This document shows, piece after piece, positions 9,568 to 18,398 of a stretch of DNA of 64,000 nt. Below the pieces are notes generated by a model, which saw nothing but the letters and a program-made list of their open reading frames with translations, did no database searches and had not been told where the DNA came from. The DNA comes from an uncultured Gemmatimonadales bacterium. GTDB taxonomy: Bacteria; Gemmatimonadota; Gemmatimonadetes; Gemmatimonadales; GWC2-71-9. Position numbers and translations under genes: made by a program. The stretch is from the NCBI GenBank assembly GCA_963825055.1, contig CAWGSK010000012.1:288001-352000 (forward strand), written 5' to 3'. The stretch's first letter is position 1. Every line of letters starts with the position of its first letter.

Positions 9568-11303
9568 GCCGCGTCGTCCGCTCTTTCCTCGTTCTCTGCC
9601 TCCTGCTGTCTGCGGGGGCCTCCGTGGCCCGGGCGCAGGACGCGGCGCTGGTTCGCGCCTTCAACCTGGAGCGACGCGGCGACTACGACGCAGCGGGGAA
9701 GGCCTATCGTGAGATCCTCTCCAGCACCCCGGACGACGTGGCCGCGCTGCTCGGGCTCGAACGGGTGCTGACCAACCAGAACCGGGTCGCAGAGCTGGTC
9801 CCGGCGGTGCAGGCCGCGCTTGCCACCGACCCGCGGGCCAGCGCGATCTACAGCCTCGGCATTCGCGCGTGGAGCGCGGCAGGACAGCCCGACAGCGTGG
9901 AGAAGGTGGTGGACCGCTGGGTGGCGATCCAGCCGAACGACGAGTCCCCGTACCGGGAGTGGGCCCTCCAGGCACTGGCCCGCCGCGATCGCCAGGAAGC
10001 GCGCCGCATCCTGATGCTGGCCCGGGAAAAACTGCACCGGCCGACGGCACTGGCCGGTGAAATGGCCCAGCTGTCCATGGCGGAACTCGATTATCCGGGC
10101 GCCGTGCGCGAGTGGGCCGCCGCAGTGCGCGCGTTCCCGGGCTACCGTGCCGCCGCCATCAACGCGCTCGCGGTGGTGCCCGTCCGGGTCCGCGGGCAGG
10201 TGATCGATGAGCTGACCGCGGGCAGCGAACCGGCCGGGCCGCAGATCGCCGCGGTCCTGCAGGCCCGCTGGGGCAGTCCGATGGCCGCGTGGGCCCTGCT
10301 CGATGGATCGCTGCCTGCCCGGCCGGAGCAGGCCCTGGATGTCCTGGGGGCGCTCCGGGATGCTGTCAGCGGCCTGGCTGGGAGCGATGCGCGCCGGGCC
10401 GAGGGGCACGTCCTGGAAGCCATGGCGGACCGGAGTCCGCCTGGCCGTGCGGCGTCGCTTCGCCTGGAGGCGGCCCGCGCCTACGCGGCGGGGGGCGACA
10501 GTGAGTCGGCCCGACGGGAGCTGGGGCAGGCCGGCGCCGCCGTCGCGGATTCGCAGCAGCTTGCGGCGGAGGCCGGGGTCACACTCGTGCGGGTCCTCCT
10601 GGACGAGGGCAAGGTCCGGGATGCTGCCCAGGAACTCGCGCGCTACCGCAACGCGCTGCCCGGCGGCATCGTGCAGGAGTTGAGCCGGCAGGTGGCCACG
10701 GCCTGGGTGGCGAAGGGCGAACTGGACCGTGCCGACAGCCTCGTCGCGCAGGACAGTACCGTGGAAGGCCTGGCCCTTCGCGGGCGCCTCTTCCTGTACC
10801 GGGGCGAGCTGGGTGAGGCCCGGAAAGCCCTCCAGTCCGCCGGGCCATATGCCGGCACGCGTGACGAGGTGACCAGTCGGACGACCATCCTGGCGCTGCT
10901 TCAGTCGCTCGAATCCGACCATGATCCCGCGCTTGGCCAGGCCTTCCTTACCCTCGCGCGGGGCGACACGATGTCGGCGGTGAATGCCTTCACCTCCGTG
11001 GGCGGACGCCTGCCGGCGGGCAGTGGCGGCGCGGAGGTCACGCTGCTGGCGGGGCGGCTCGCGGCCGCGTCGGGCCATGGAGACAGGGCCGAGCCGCTGC
11101 TCCGGCGCGCGGCCGCCGCGGACTCGTCGTCAGCCGCACCGGCAGCCATGTTCGAACTTGCCAGGGTGCTGGTGGGGCTCCAGCGCGCCTCGGAGGCCGT
11201 TCCCGTCCTGGAGAGCCTGATCCTGAATCGTCCGGAGAGTGCCGTCGTGCCGCAGGCCAGGCGGCTGCTGGACGAACTTCGCGGGGCGGTGCCGAAAACA
11301 TGA
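9564..11303 (+). CDS. Secreted TPR-repeat protein
   Basis: Signal peptide ending ARA-Q; Ala-rich helical repeats; TPR-type C-terminus LILNRPESAVVPQARRLL. Confidence 0.82.
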   Translation: MSRVVRSFLVLCLLLSAGASVARAQDAALVRAFNLERRGDYDAAGKAYREILSSTPDDVAALLGLERVLTNQNRVAELVPAVQAALATDPRASAIYSLGIRAWSAAGQPDSVEKVVDRWVAIQPNDESPYREWALQALARRDRQEARRILMLAREKLHRPTALAGEMAQLSMAELDYPGAVREWAAAVRAFPGYRAAAINALAVVPVRVRGQVIDELTAGSEPAGPQIAAVLQARWGSPMAAWALLDGSLPARPEQALDVLGALRDAVSGLAGSDARRAEGHVLEAMADRSPPGRAASLRLEAARAYAAGGDSESARRELGQAGAAVADSQQLAAEAGVTLVRVLLDEGKVRDAAQELARYRNALPGGIVQELSRQVATAWVAKGELDRADSLVAQDSTVEGLALRGRLFLYRGELGEARKALQSAGPYAGTRDEVTSRTTILALLQSLESDHDPALGQAFLTLARGDTMSAVNAFTSVGGRLPAGSGGAEVTLLAGRLAAASGHGDRAEPLLRRAAAADSSSAAPAAMFELARVLVGLQRASEAVPVLESLILNRPESAVVPQARRLLDELRGAVPKT

Positions 11304-12598
11304 AACGACGTGATTTCCTCGCGGGCACCGGCATGGTGCTGGGTGCGGTGGGACTCGACTGGCCGCTCGGGAGTCTCTGGCCGCCGGCGCGGCTGGCGGG
11401 CGGGCTGCTCGTGCCCATGGACGAGACCCAGTCGGATCACCTGAAGGCGTACGGGCTTGCCTACCGGGTGCTCCAGCGCGGGGCGCGCGCGGAATGGTTC
11501 CTGAATTACCGGAGCGGGGCGTTCCTGCTCCCGCAGGACCCGGCAACGACGCGTGACGCGGCCCTGGCCGGGGTGTCTGCGCAGGCGATCGACGCGGGGG
11601 CAGCGGACGGAATCCGCGCCGAGATTGCCGGTGGCAACATGGACGCCGTGCCACTGGAGAAGGCGCCGAAGGTGGCCGTGTACGTGACGCCGAATGCCGC
11701 GCCCTGGGACGACGCCGTCACCATGGCGCTGCAGTACGCCGGCATTGAATACGACAAGATCTGGGATGAAGACGTCCTGGCGGGCAAGCTCTCGACCTAT
11801 GACTGGCTGCACCTCCATCACGAGGATTTCACCGGACAGTATTCGAAATTCTACCTCAACTACGCCGGCAGCCCGTGGCTCACCGAGATGGTCTCGCTCA
11901 ACCAGGGGGTGGCGAGGAAACTCGGCTACCCCAACGTGCCCGCGGAGAAGCGCGCGGTGGCCCAGGCGATCGGGGCCTATGTCGAGCGGGGTGGTTTCCT
12001 CTTCGCGATGTGCACCGCCACCGAGACCCTCGATCTCGCCCTCGCGAGCGCGGGAACGGACATCGCTGCCAGCTACGCGGACGGCGACCCGATGGACCCC
12101 GATGCGCAACAGCGGATGGACTGGAGCCGGACCCTCGCCTTCCGGGACGCGAGCCTGGTGGCGAGCCCGGCCATTTCCCAGTTCTCCGACATCGACGGCC
12201 ACCAGGTCAACTCGCTGGACCGCCGCCAGCCGCTGGGGTCATTCTCGCTCTTCGGCTTCAGCGCCAAGATCGATCCCGTCGCCACCATGCTGGTGCAGAA
12301 CCACCGGCAGGTCATTCCGGACTTCTACGGCCTCACCACGTCCTTTACGCGGCGGACCCTCAAGCCCGCAGTGACCGTCCTGGCCGATGAGCCCGGGGCA
12401 CCATGGGTCAAGTACATTCACGGCGAGCACGGGCAGGGGACGTGGACCTTCTTCGGCGGCCACGACCCCGAGGACCCCCAGCACCAGATCGGCGACCCTC
12501 CGACCGACCTGTCGCTCCATCCCCATTCCCCGGGCTACCGCCTGATTCTCAACAACGTGCTCTTCCCCGCGGCGAAGAAGCGGGAGCTGAAGACGTAG
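11300..12598 (+). CDS. Tat-exported class I glutamine amidotransferase-like protein (family often labelled 'asparagine synthetase B')
   Basis: KRRDFL Tat motif; HLKAYG, PWDDAV, WLHLHHEDFTGQY, FAMC, GGHDPED. Confidence 0.75.
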   Translation: MKRRDFLAGTGMVLGAVGLDWPLGSLWPPARLAGGLLVPMDETQSDHLKAYGLAYRVLQRGARAEWFLNYRSGAFLLPQDPATTRDAALAGVSAQAIDAGAADGIRAEIAGGNMDAVPLEKAPKVAVYVTPNAAPWDDAVTMALQYAGIEYDKIWDEDVLAGKLSTYDWLHLHHEDFTGQYSKFYLNYAGSPWLTEMVSLNQGVARKLGYPNVPAEKRAVAQAIGAYVERGGFLFAMCTATETLDLALASAGTDIAASYADGDPMDPDAQQRMDWSRTLAFRDASLVASPAISQFSDIDGHQVNSLDRRQPLGSFSLFGFSAKIDPVATMLVQNHRQVIPDFYGLTTSFTRRTLKPAVTVLADEPGAPWVKYIHGEHGQGTWTFFGGHDPEDPQHQIGDPPTDLSLHPHSPGYRLILNNVLFPAAKKRELKT

Positions 12599-12603
12599 AG
12601 ACC

Positions 12604-12651
12604 AGTGAGTAGTGAGTAGTGACTAGTGACTAGTGTAGTTCGTGACTAGTG
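12604..12651. repeat. Intergenic heptamer tandem repeat AGTGA(G/C)T
   Basis: AGTGAGT x2, AGTGACT x2, then degenerate copies. Confidence 0.85.
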
Positions 12652-12734
12652 CTTGAGGGCGGCCGCCCTGTTGGTGAAGGGATTGGGCGAAAATGCCACT
12701 GCTGCCCGCCCCCCCGCCCCTGTATCTTTCCTGT

Positions 12735-12761
12735 ACGACTCAACGATTCAACGACTCAACG
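12735..12761. repeat. Octamer tandem repeat ACGA(C/T)TCA x3
   Basis: acgactca acgattca acgactca acg. Confidence 0.8.
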
Positions 12762-12787
12762 CCTCCTTCCCGCGCCGCAGGTTTTCC

Positions 12788-15295
12788 GTGTCCATAGCCC
12801 GCATCCCTCCCCACCTGCGCGACCTGATGGCGCGCGAGATTGCCTCGACCGGCGGCCGGGAGGTGTTGTTCGTCGCGCGGGTGGACGGCGAGGGCGTGGT
12901 CACGGACATCCGTCCAGTGGCCCGCGGCCGGTCCGACATGGTGCTTGCACTGCCCGGTGTCGCGGAGCAGGGCGACATGGTGCTGCACAACCATCCCGGC
13001 GGAAACCTGGAGCCGTCCCTGGCCGATCTGGACGTGGCGGCGCGCCTGCATGACGGCGGGGTGGGTTTCGGCATCGTCAACAACGAGGCGTCGGAACTGT
13101 CCATCGTGGTCGAAGTGCCGCGGGCGCGCGCACTCGCGCCGCTGGACACCCTGGACGTCGTCGCCCTGTTGTCGGAGGGCGGCCCGGTCGCGGAGATGAT
13201 GGGGCAGTACGAGGACCGACCGAGCCAGCGGGACATGACCGCCTACATCACCGATGCCTACAACGATGGCGGGATCGTGCTGCTGGAGGCCGGGACGGGC
13301 GTCGGCAAATCCTTCGCGTACCTCGTGCCGGCGCTCGCGTGGGCGAAGCAGAACGCGGAACGCACTGTCGTCAGCACCAACACGATCAACCTGCAGGAGC
13401 AGCTCGTCGGCAAGGACCTGCCGTTCCTCCGGCGGGCACTGGGTGACGCGGACCACACCCCGACGTTCGCCCTGCTCAAGGGCTGGCGGAATTATGTCTG
13501 CCTCGCGCGGCTCGACCAGGCGCTGGCCTCGCCGCAGTCGCTGCTCGAGCCGGAGAAGCACCACGAGCTGGACGGCCTCGCCGCCTGGGTACAGCACACC
13601 GGCGACGGCACGCTCGCGGATTTGCCGGTGCCGCCGAGCCCGGATGTCTGGGACGAGGTGAGTGCGGAGGCCGACCTCTGCACCCGGCTCAAGTGCCCCC
13701 GTTTCGACCAGTGTTTCCTGTTCAGCGCCCGGCGACGCGCCGCGGAGGCTGATGTCGTGGTCGTCAACCACCACCTGCTCGCGGCGGACCTCTCGGTCAG
13801 GCAGGCCCAGGACAACTGGCTGGAGGCCGCGGTCCTGCCTCCGTACCGCCGGCTGATCCTGGATGAGGCGCACCATCTCGAGGACGTGGCGGCCGGACAC
13901 CTCGGTGTTCGCGTGACCAGCCGGGGCGTGCAGCGGCTGCTGGGCCGGCTGGAGCGGAACGGGCGGGGGCTGGTGCCGTCGCTCACCGCCGAACTGGCCC
14001 GGCGCGACGATCTCCTGAGCCGCGCGAGCCTGGACCTGATCTACCAGCGGCTGCTCCCGACGCTGGCGCGGGCGAAGAGCGCGGCCGATGCCGTCATGGT
14101 CCGGCTCGCGTCGTTCCTGGACGGCAGCGGGATGCACGTCGTCCGGCTGACGGAGGACTTCGCCTCGGACGAGGTGTGGGCAAGGGGGCTCGGCACGGAG
14201 CTGGACGGGACCCTGGAAGCATTCCGGCAGCTCAGGGAGCACGTCGAGACGATCGCCGACCGCCTCCGGGAGGGGCCGGACAGCGAGCGGCGTGACCAGG
14301 TCCTGGGGGAGCTGCGTGGTGTCTTCCGCCGGCTCGAGGCTGCCAGCGACGCGTTCAACCGCACCCTGCGCCCGGCAGGCGGCGGTGCGCCGGCGGTGCG
14401 CTGGCTCGAACGCAGCGGACAGCGCGGCGGGCATGTCTCCCTGGCCGCCGTGCCGCTGGACCTGGCGCCCCTCCTCCGCGAGTTGATCTTTGAAAAAGTG
14501 GAAACCGTCGTGCTCACGAGCGCGACCCTCGCGGCCGGCGGCGATTTCGAGTTCCTCGAGTCGCGGCTCGGACTGACCGGCGACGGGGTTTCCGCGTCGG
14601 TCCGGGAAATCCTGCCTTCGCCGTTCGACTTCGCCTCGCAGTGCCTCTTCGGCATACCCGAGGACCTGCCCGACCCGCGCGAGGACGAGACGGCCCACGC
14701 GGTGGCCGTGAGCCAGGTGGTGGCGGACCTCGCCGGCGCGAGCGACGGCGGCATGTTTGTCCTGTTCACCAGCTACGCCGCGCTCCGGCGCGTGGCGGGC
14801 GAGCTGCGGGCCGTGATCGGGCATCGCTGGCCGCTCTTCGTGCAGGGCGAGGGCAACCGGGACCAGCTCCTCCGCCGCTTTCGCGAGGCCGGAAACGCGA
14901 TCCTGCTCGGCACGGATTCGTTCTGGGAGGGCGTGGATGTCCCGGGCCGGGCCCTCCGGGTCCTGGTCCTGACCAAATTACCGTTCAAGGTCCCGAGCGA
15001 GCCTCTCACCCAGGCCCGGCTGGAACGTCTGGCGGAGCAGGGCGAGGACGGCTTCATGGGTTACCTGCTCCCGCACGCGGCGCTCAAGCTGAAGCAGGGT
15101 TTCGGGCGGCTGATCCGCTCGTCGCGGGACGTCGGCGTGGTCGTCCTGCTGGACCGGCGGGTGATTACCAAGCGGTACGGCCCGCTCATTCTCGGGGGCC
15201 TGCCGCAGGCGGAGACCGTGATCGGCACCTGGGCGCAGGTGCGGACCAAGTGCGAGGACTTCTTCGCCCGCCACGGACTGGGGGTGAGCGTATGA
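12788..15295 (+). CDS. dinG: DinG/XPD family Fe-S helicase with N-terminal JAB/MPN domain
   Basis: E...HNHPGGNLEPSLAD (JAB); EAGTGVGKS; Cys cluster; DEAH; SFWEGVD; KQGFGRLIR; start codon approximate. Confidence 0.9.
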   Translation: MSIARIPPHLRDLMAREIASTGGREVLFVARVDGEGVVTDIRPVARGRSDMVLALPGVAEQGDMVLHNHPGGNLEPSLADLDVAARLHDGGVGFGIVNNEASELSIVVEVPRARALAPLDTLDVVALLSEGGPVAEMMGQYEDRPSQRDMTAYITDAYNDGGIVLLEAGTGVGKSFAYLVPALAWAKQNAERTVVSTNTINLQEQLVGKDLPFLRRALGDADHTPTFALLKGWRNYVCLARLDQALASPQSLLEPEKHHELDGLAAWVQHTGDGTLADLPVPPSPDVWDEVSAEADLCTRLKCPRFDQCFLFSARRRAAEADVVVVNHHLLAADLSVRQAQDNWLEAAVLPPYRRLILDEAHHLEDVAAGHLGVRVTSRGVQRLLGRLERNGRGLVPSLTAELARRDDLLSRASLDLIYQRLLPTLARAKSAADAVMVRLASFLDGSGMHVVRLTEDFASDEVWARGLGTELDGTLEAFRQLREHVETIADRLREGPDSERRDQVLGELRGVFRRLEAASDAFNRTLRPAGGGAPAVRWLERSGQRGGHVSLAAVPLDLAPLLRELIFEKVETVVLTSATLAAGGDFEFLESRLGLTGDGVSASVREILPSPFDFASQCLFGIPEDLPDPREDETAHAVAVSQVVADLAGASDGGMFVLFTSYAALRRVAGELRAVIGHRWPLFVQGEGNRDQLLRRFREAGNAILLGTDSFWEGVDVPGRALRVLVLTKLPFKVPSEPLTQARLERLAEQGEDGFMGYLLPHAALKLKQGFGRLIRSSRDVGVVVLLDRRVITKRYGPLILGGLPQAETVIGTWAQVRTKCEDFFARHGLGVSV

Positions 15296-15918
15296 ACCCG
15301 CTGTCACCGTCGAAGATCGTCTGCGTCGGCCGCAACTACCGGGCACACGCCGAGGAGCTTGGCAACGTGTTGCCGGCGGAGCCCCTCCTCTTCCTCAAGC
15401 CGCCGAGCGCGCTGATCAATACCGGCATGCCGATCATCCTGCCGGGGTTGAGCGGGCAGGTGGAGCATGAGGCGGAGATCGGCGTGGTGGTGGGCCGCCG
15501 GCTCCGACGGGCGAGCGAGGATGAGGCCGCGGCCGCGATCGCCGGGTACATCTGTGTCAATGACCTGACCGCCCGCGATCTCCAGCAGAAGGACGGGCAG
15601 TGGACCCGGGCAAAAGGCTTCGACACGTTCTGCCCGGCCGGTCCCGCGGTGGTCGGGGGCCTCGACTGGCGCGACCTCGAGATCATCTGCCGGGTGAACG
15701 GGGTCCAGCGCCAGCATGGGGCCGCCCGCGACATGCAGTTCGGGCCGCCCGCCCTGCTGGCGTACATCAGTGGAATCATGACGCTGGAGCCGGGCGACCT
15801 GGTGGCGACCGGGACCCCGGCGGGCGTGGGCCCGCTGGTCCCCGGCGACCTGGTCGAGGTGGAGATTCCCGGCGTCGGTATCCTGTCCAACCCCGTGCAG
15901 GGAGAGGGAAGCGCATGA
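15292..15918 (+). CDS. Fumarylacetoacetate hydrolase family protein
   Basis: KIVCVGRNYRAH, FLKP, EHEAE, NDLTARD, WTRAKGFDTF, TGTPAGVG. Confidence 0.95.
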   Translation: MNPLSPSKIVCVGRNYRAHAEELGNVLPAEPLLFLKPPSALINTGMPIILPGLSGQVEHEAEIGVVVGRRLRRASEDEAAAAIAGYICVNDLTARDLQQKDGQWTRAKGFDTFCPAGPAVVGGLDWRDLEIICRVNGVQRQHGAARDMQFGPPALLAYISGIMTLEPGDLVATGTPAGVGPLVPGDLVEVEIPGVGILSNPVQGEGSA

Positions 15919-17111
15919 TCGAGTTCAGCCGGCCGCTCCAGGCCCTCCCGGGCTATCCGTTCGCGCACCTGCCCGCCGTCAAGCGGGCGCTGATCGAGCA
16001 GGGGCGGGATATCATCGACCTCGGCGCCGGCGACGCGGACTATCCGCCGCCGGTGGAGGCGGTCCGGGCAATGCAGGAGGCCGTGGCCGACCCCGCGCTC
16101 AGCAAGTACGGGTTCCAGCAGGGCCTGCCGGCCTTCCGGAGGGCGGCCGCCGACTGGATGGAGCGGCGGTTCGGGCAGCGTTTCGCCTGGGACACCGAGG
16201 TGCTGCCGCTCATCGGCAGCAAGGAAGGCATCGCCCACCTCCCGTTTACGGTCATCAATCCCGGCGACGTCGCCATCGTACCCGAGCCGGGATACCAGGC
16301 CTACCTCGGCGGAACGCTCCTGTCGGGCGGCGTGCCTTACGTCTATCCCCTCACGCCGCGCACCGGGTTCCTGCTCGAGATGGACGAGATTCCGGAGGAG
16401 ACGCTGCAACGCGCCCGGATCGTCTTCCTCAACTATCCGAACAACCCGACCTCCGCGCTGGCCCCGCGGGACTACCTCGAACGCACGGTCGCCACCTGCC
16501 GCCGGTACGACATCCTGCTGGCCTACGACAACGCCTACTGCGAACTGGCGTACGACGGCGAGGTGCCGCCCAGCGTATTCGAGATCCCCGGCGCGCGCGA
16601 CGTTGCCGTGGAGTTCTTCTCCCTCTCCAAGAGCTTCAGCATGACGGGGTGGCGGCTGGGATGGGCGGCCGGCCGTGCCGAGTTGATCGGCGCCCTGAAC
16701 CGGGTGAAGACATACGTGGACACGGGGCCGTTCCTGGCGGTGCAGGCGGCCGGCGCGGCCGTTCTTGCCCGGGCGGAGAGCCTGGTCACCCCGATCCGGG
16801 CGGAACTCCAGCGCCGGCGGGATGCCGGCGTGGCGGCGCTCCGGTCGGCCGGCTTCACCGTGGACGACCCCGGCGGAGCGATGTACTTGTGGGTGCCCCT
16901 GCCGGAGGGCATGGCTTCGGCGGACTTCGCGGAACGGGCACTGCAGGCTGAGGGCGTCCTGATCCTGCCCGGGAGCGCGTTCGGCCCGGCGGGAGAGGGC
17001 TTCTTCCGCATCGCGCTCACGGTCGGTCCCGAGCGGCTCGAGGAAAGCGTCCGGCGCCTGACCCGGGCCCGGGACGCCCTCCAGGGAAGGCCGGTTGCGG
17101 CGTCTCCCTGA
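15915..17111 (+). CDS. Class I/II PLP aminotransferase, LL-diaminopimelate aminotransferase-like
   Basis: IGSKEGIAH, NYPNNPT, YDNAY, SLSKSFSMTGWRLG. Confidence 0.88.
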   Translation: MIEFSRPLQALPGYPFAHLPAVKRALIEQGRDIIDLGAGDADYPPPVEAVRAMQEAVADPALSKYGFQQGLPAFRRAAADWMERRFGQRFAWDTEVLPLIGSKEGIAHLPFTVINPGDVAIVPEPGYQAYLGGTLLSGGVPYVYPLTPRTGFLLEMDEIPEETLQRARIVFLNYPNNPTSALAPRDYLERTVATCRRYDILLAYDNAYCELAYDGEVPPSVFEIPGARDVAVEFFSLSKSFSMTGWRLGWAAGRAELIGALNRVKTYVDTGPFLAVQAAGAAVLARAESLVTPIRAELQRRRDAGVAALRSAGFTVDDPGGAMYLWVPLPEGMASADFAERALQAEGVLILPGSAFGPAGEGFFRIALTVGPERLEESVRRLTRARDALQGRPVAASP

Positions 17112-17958
17112 TCTCGACCTGCGGGGGCGTCGCCGCCTGCCCTGGCCCGCACTGCTGGTCAGCCTTGTGGTGCACGCCATCCTGCTGCTGTCGCTGAAAA
17201 TCAACGGACACTGGCCGGAGCCGCTTCCGCTGGACCATGTCATCGTCCTCGCTCCGCCCGGGCCTTCAGTGCCTGCCGTCGAGATGCGATACGCGCCCCG
17301 TCGCGGCGCTGCGCCGGCGCTGCCGTCCCCACGGCCGGAACGGACGGCCACCGCACCAGTGGAACGACCCGCGGCCCCGCCCGCGGCAGGCCCGGCGGCG
17401 GCGATACCGGCTGTTGGTGGCGCGGCGCCGTCTGATACCATCGATCCGGCCAGCCCGGCCTTCGGCCAGGTTGGGCCGGCGTATGCCAGCGGGAACCTGT
17501 GGGTGCGCGCGCTGCCGCTGGCCCCGAAGGAACTGGCCAGCCGGCTGGACAAGAGCCACGCCGAGTTGATGGACAGCGCCGTCACGGCCATCGTCCAGGC
17601 CTTCCTCGATTCCATCGCGAACAGCCGTGAAGGGCGCGAGGCCCAGCTGCCCAGCTGGACAACGAAGGTTGCGGGAAAGACATTCGGCATCGACAGCCGC
17701 TACATTCACATCGCGGGACTGCGCATCCCCGCCGCGGTGCTGGCGTTGCTGCCGCTGCCGGCGGGCGGGAACCAGCAGAACGCACTCCAGCATGGCATGG
17801 ACCTGCGCCGCGACCTCATGCAGGCCGCCCAGCGGGCGAGCAACACCGCCGAGTTCAAGGAGCAGATCAGGGAAATTCGCGAGCGCCGTGAACGTGAGCG
17901 CGAATTCGAGAAGGCGCAACACGAAGCGCCGCCACCGGAGAATCCACCGATACCATGA
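17095..17958 (+). CDS. Membrane-anchored Pro-rich protein with a TonB/TolA-like SxxxH anchor
   Basis: ALLVSLVVHAILLLSL TM, Pro/Ala linker, unrecognised C-terminal domain; start approximate. Confidence 0.6.
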   Translation: MRRLPDLDLRGRRRLPWPALLVSLVVHAILLLSLKINGHWPEPLPLDHVIVLAPPGPSVPAVEMRYAPRRGAAPALPSPRPERTATAPVERPAAPPAAGPAAAIPAVGGAAPSDTIDPASPAFGQVGPAYASGNLWVRALPLAPKELASRLDKSHAELMDSAVTAIVQAFLDSIANSREGREAQLPSWTTKVAGKTFGIDSRYIHIAGLRIPAAVLALLPLPAGGNQQNALQHGMDLRRDLMQAAQRASNTAEFKEQIREIRERREREREFEKAQHEAPPPENPPIP

Positions 17959-18398
17959 AACTGGTCGATACCGAAGAAACCATCATCCTCGTCACCGGCA
18001 GCGACATTCGCGCCGAGGAGCGCGACCGTCCGCTCGCCTACGGCCTCAAGGCCGAGATTGATCGCCGCGGGGCAGGCCATAGTTTCCGGCGCGCCGTGGT
18101 GGTGGGGGATGCATGGTACCTGGACAATCGGCTCTTCCACCTGAACCCCACCGTGGCCATCGGGGGCCCCGGCGTCAACGCCCTCGCGGCCGAGCTGGCC
18201 GGGGAACTTCCGACAGTCTGGAGTCAGGAGGAGCGGGTCTTCGTCCAGGCGGACTTCGAAAGCGAGTTGAAGCGGGCCTGCCTGTGGGGCGCGGACCGGC
18301 AGGCGACCTCGGACGCAGTGGACGCGTTCGTGCTCCAGGGAGTGCTTGACGAGCTCCTGGAGAAGATCTGGCGGTTTCGCACGGAAGTGTACGTGTAA
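17955..18398 (+). CDS. Hypothetical alpha/beta protein with IGGPxVN motif
   Basis: ATGA overlap with the upstream gene; TVAIGGPGVNALAA. Confidence 0.7.
   Translation: MKLVDTEETIILVTGSDIRAEERDRPLAYGLKAEIDRRGAGHSFRRAVVVGDAWYLDNRLFHLNPTVAIGGPGVNALAAELAGELPTVWSQEERVFVQADFESELKRACLWGADRQATSDAVDAFVLQGVLDELLEKIWRFRTEVYV

Noticed and set aside
8571..11078. Long antisense or alternative-frame ORFs (also 42206-45181, 15336-17690, 12740-14824, 50828-53032, 708-1568)
   Set aside because: Shadow ORFs typical of high-GC DNA; they overlap well-supported genes and show no motifs.
12604..12761. CRISPR array
   Set aside because: Units are 7-8 bp in tandem with no unique spacers; no cas genes in the window.
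12788..15295. Type IV CRISPR CasDinG or a CBASS/ubiquitin-like defence JAB
   Set aside because: Housekeeping context; no cas, cyclase, E1/E2 or Ubl genes nearby.
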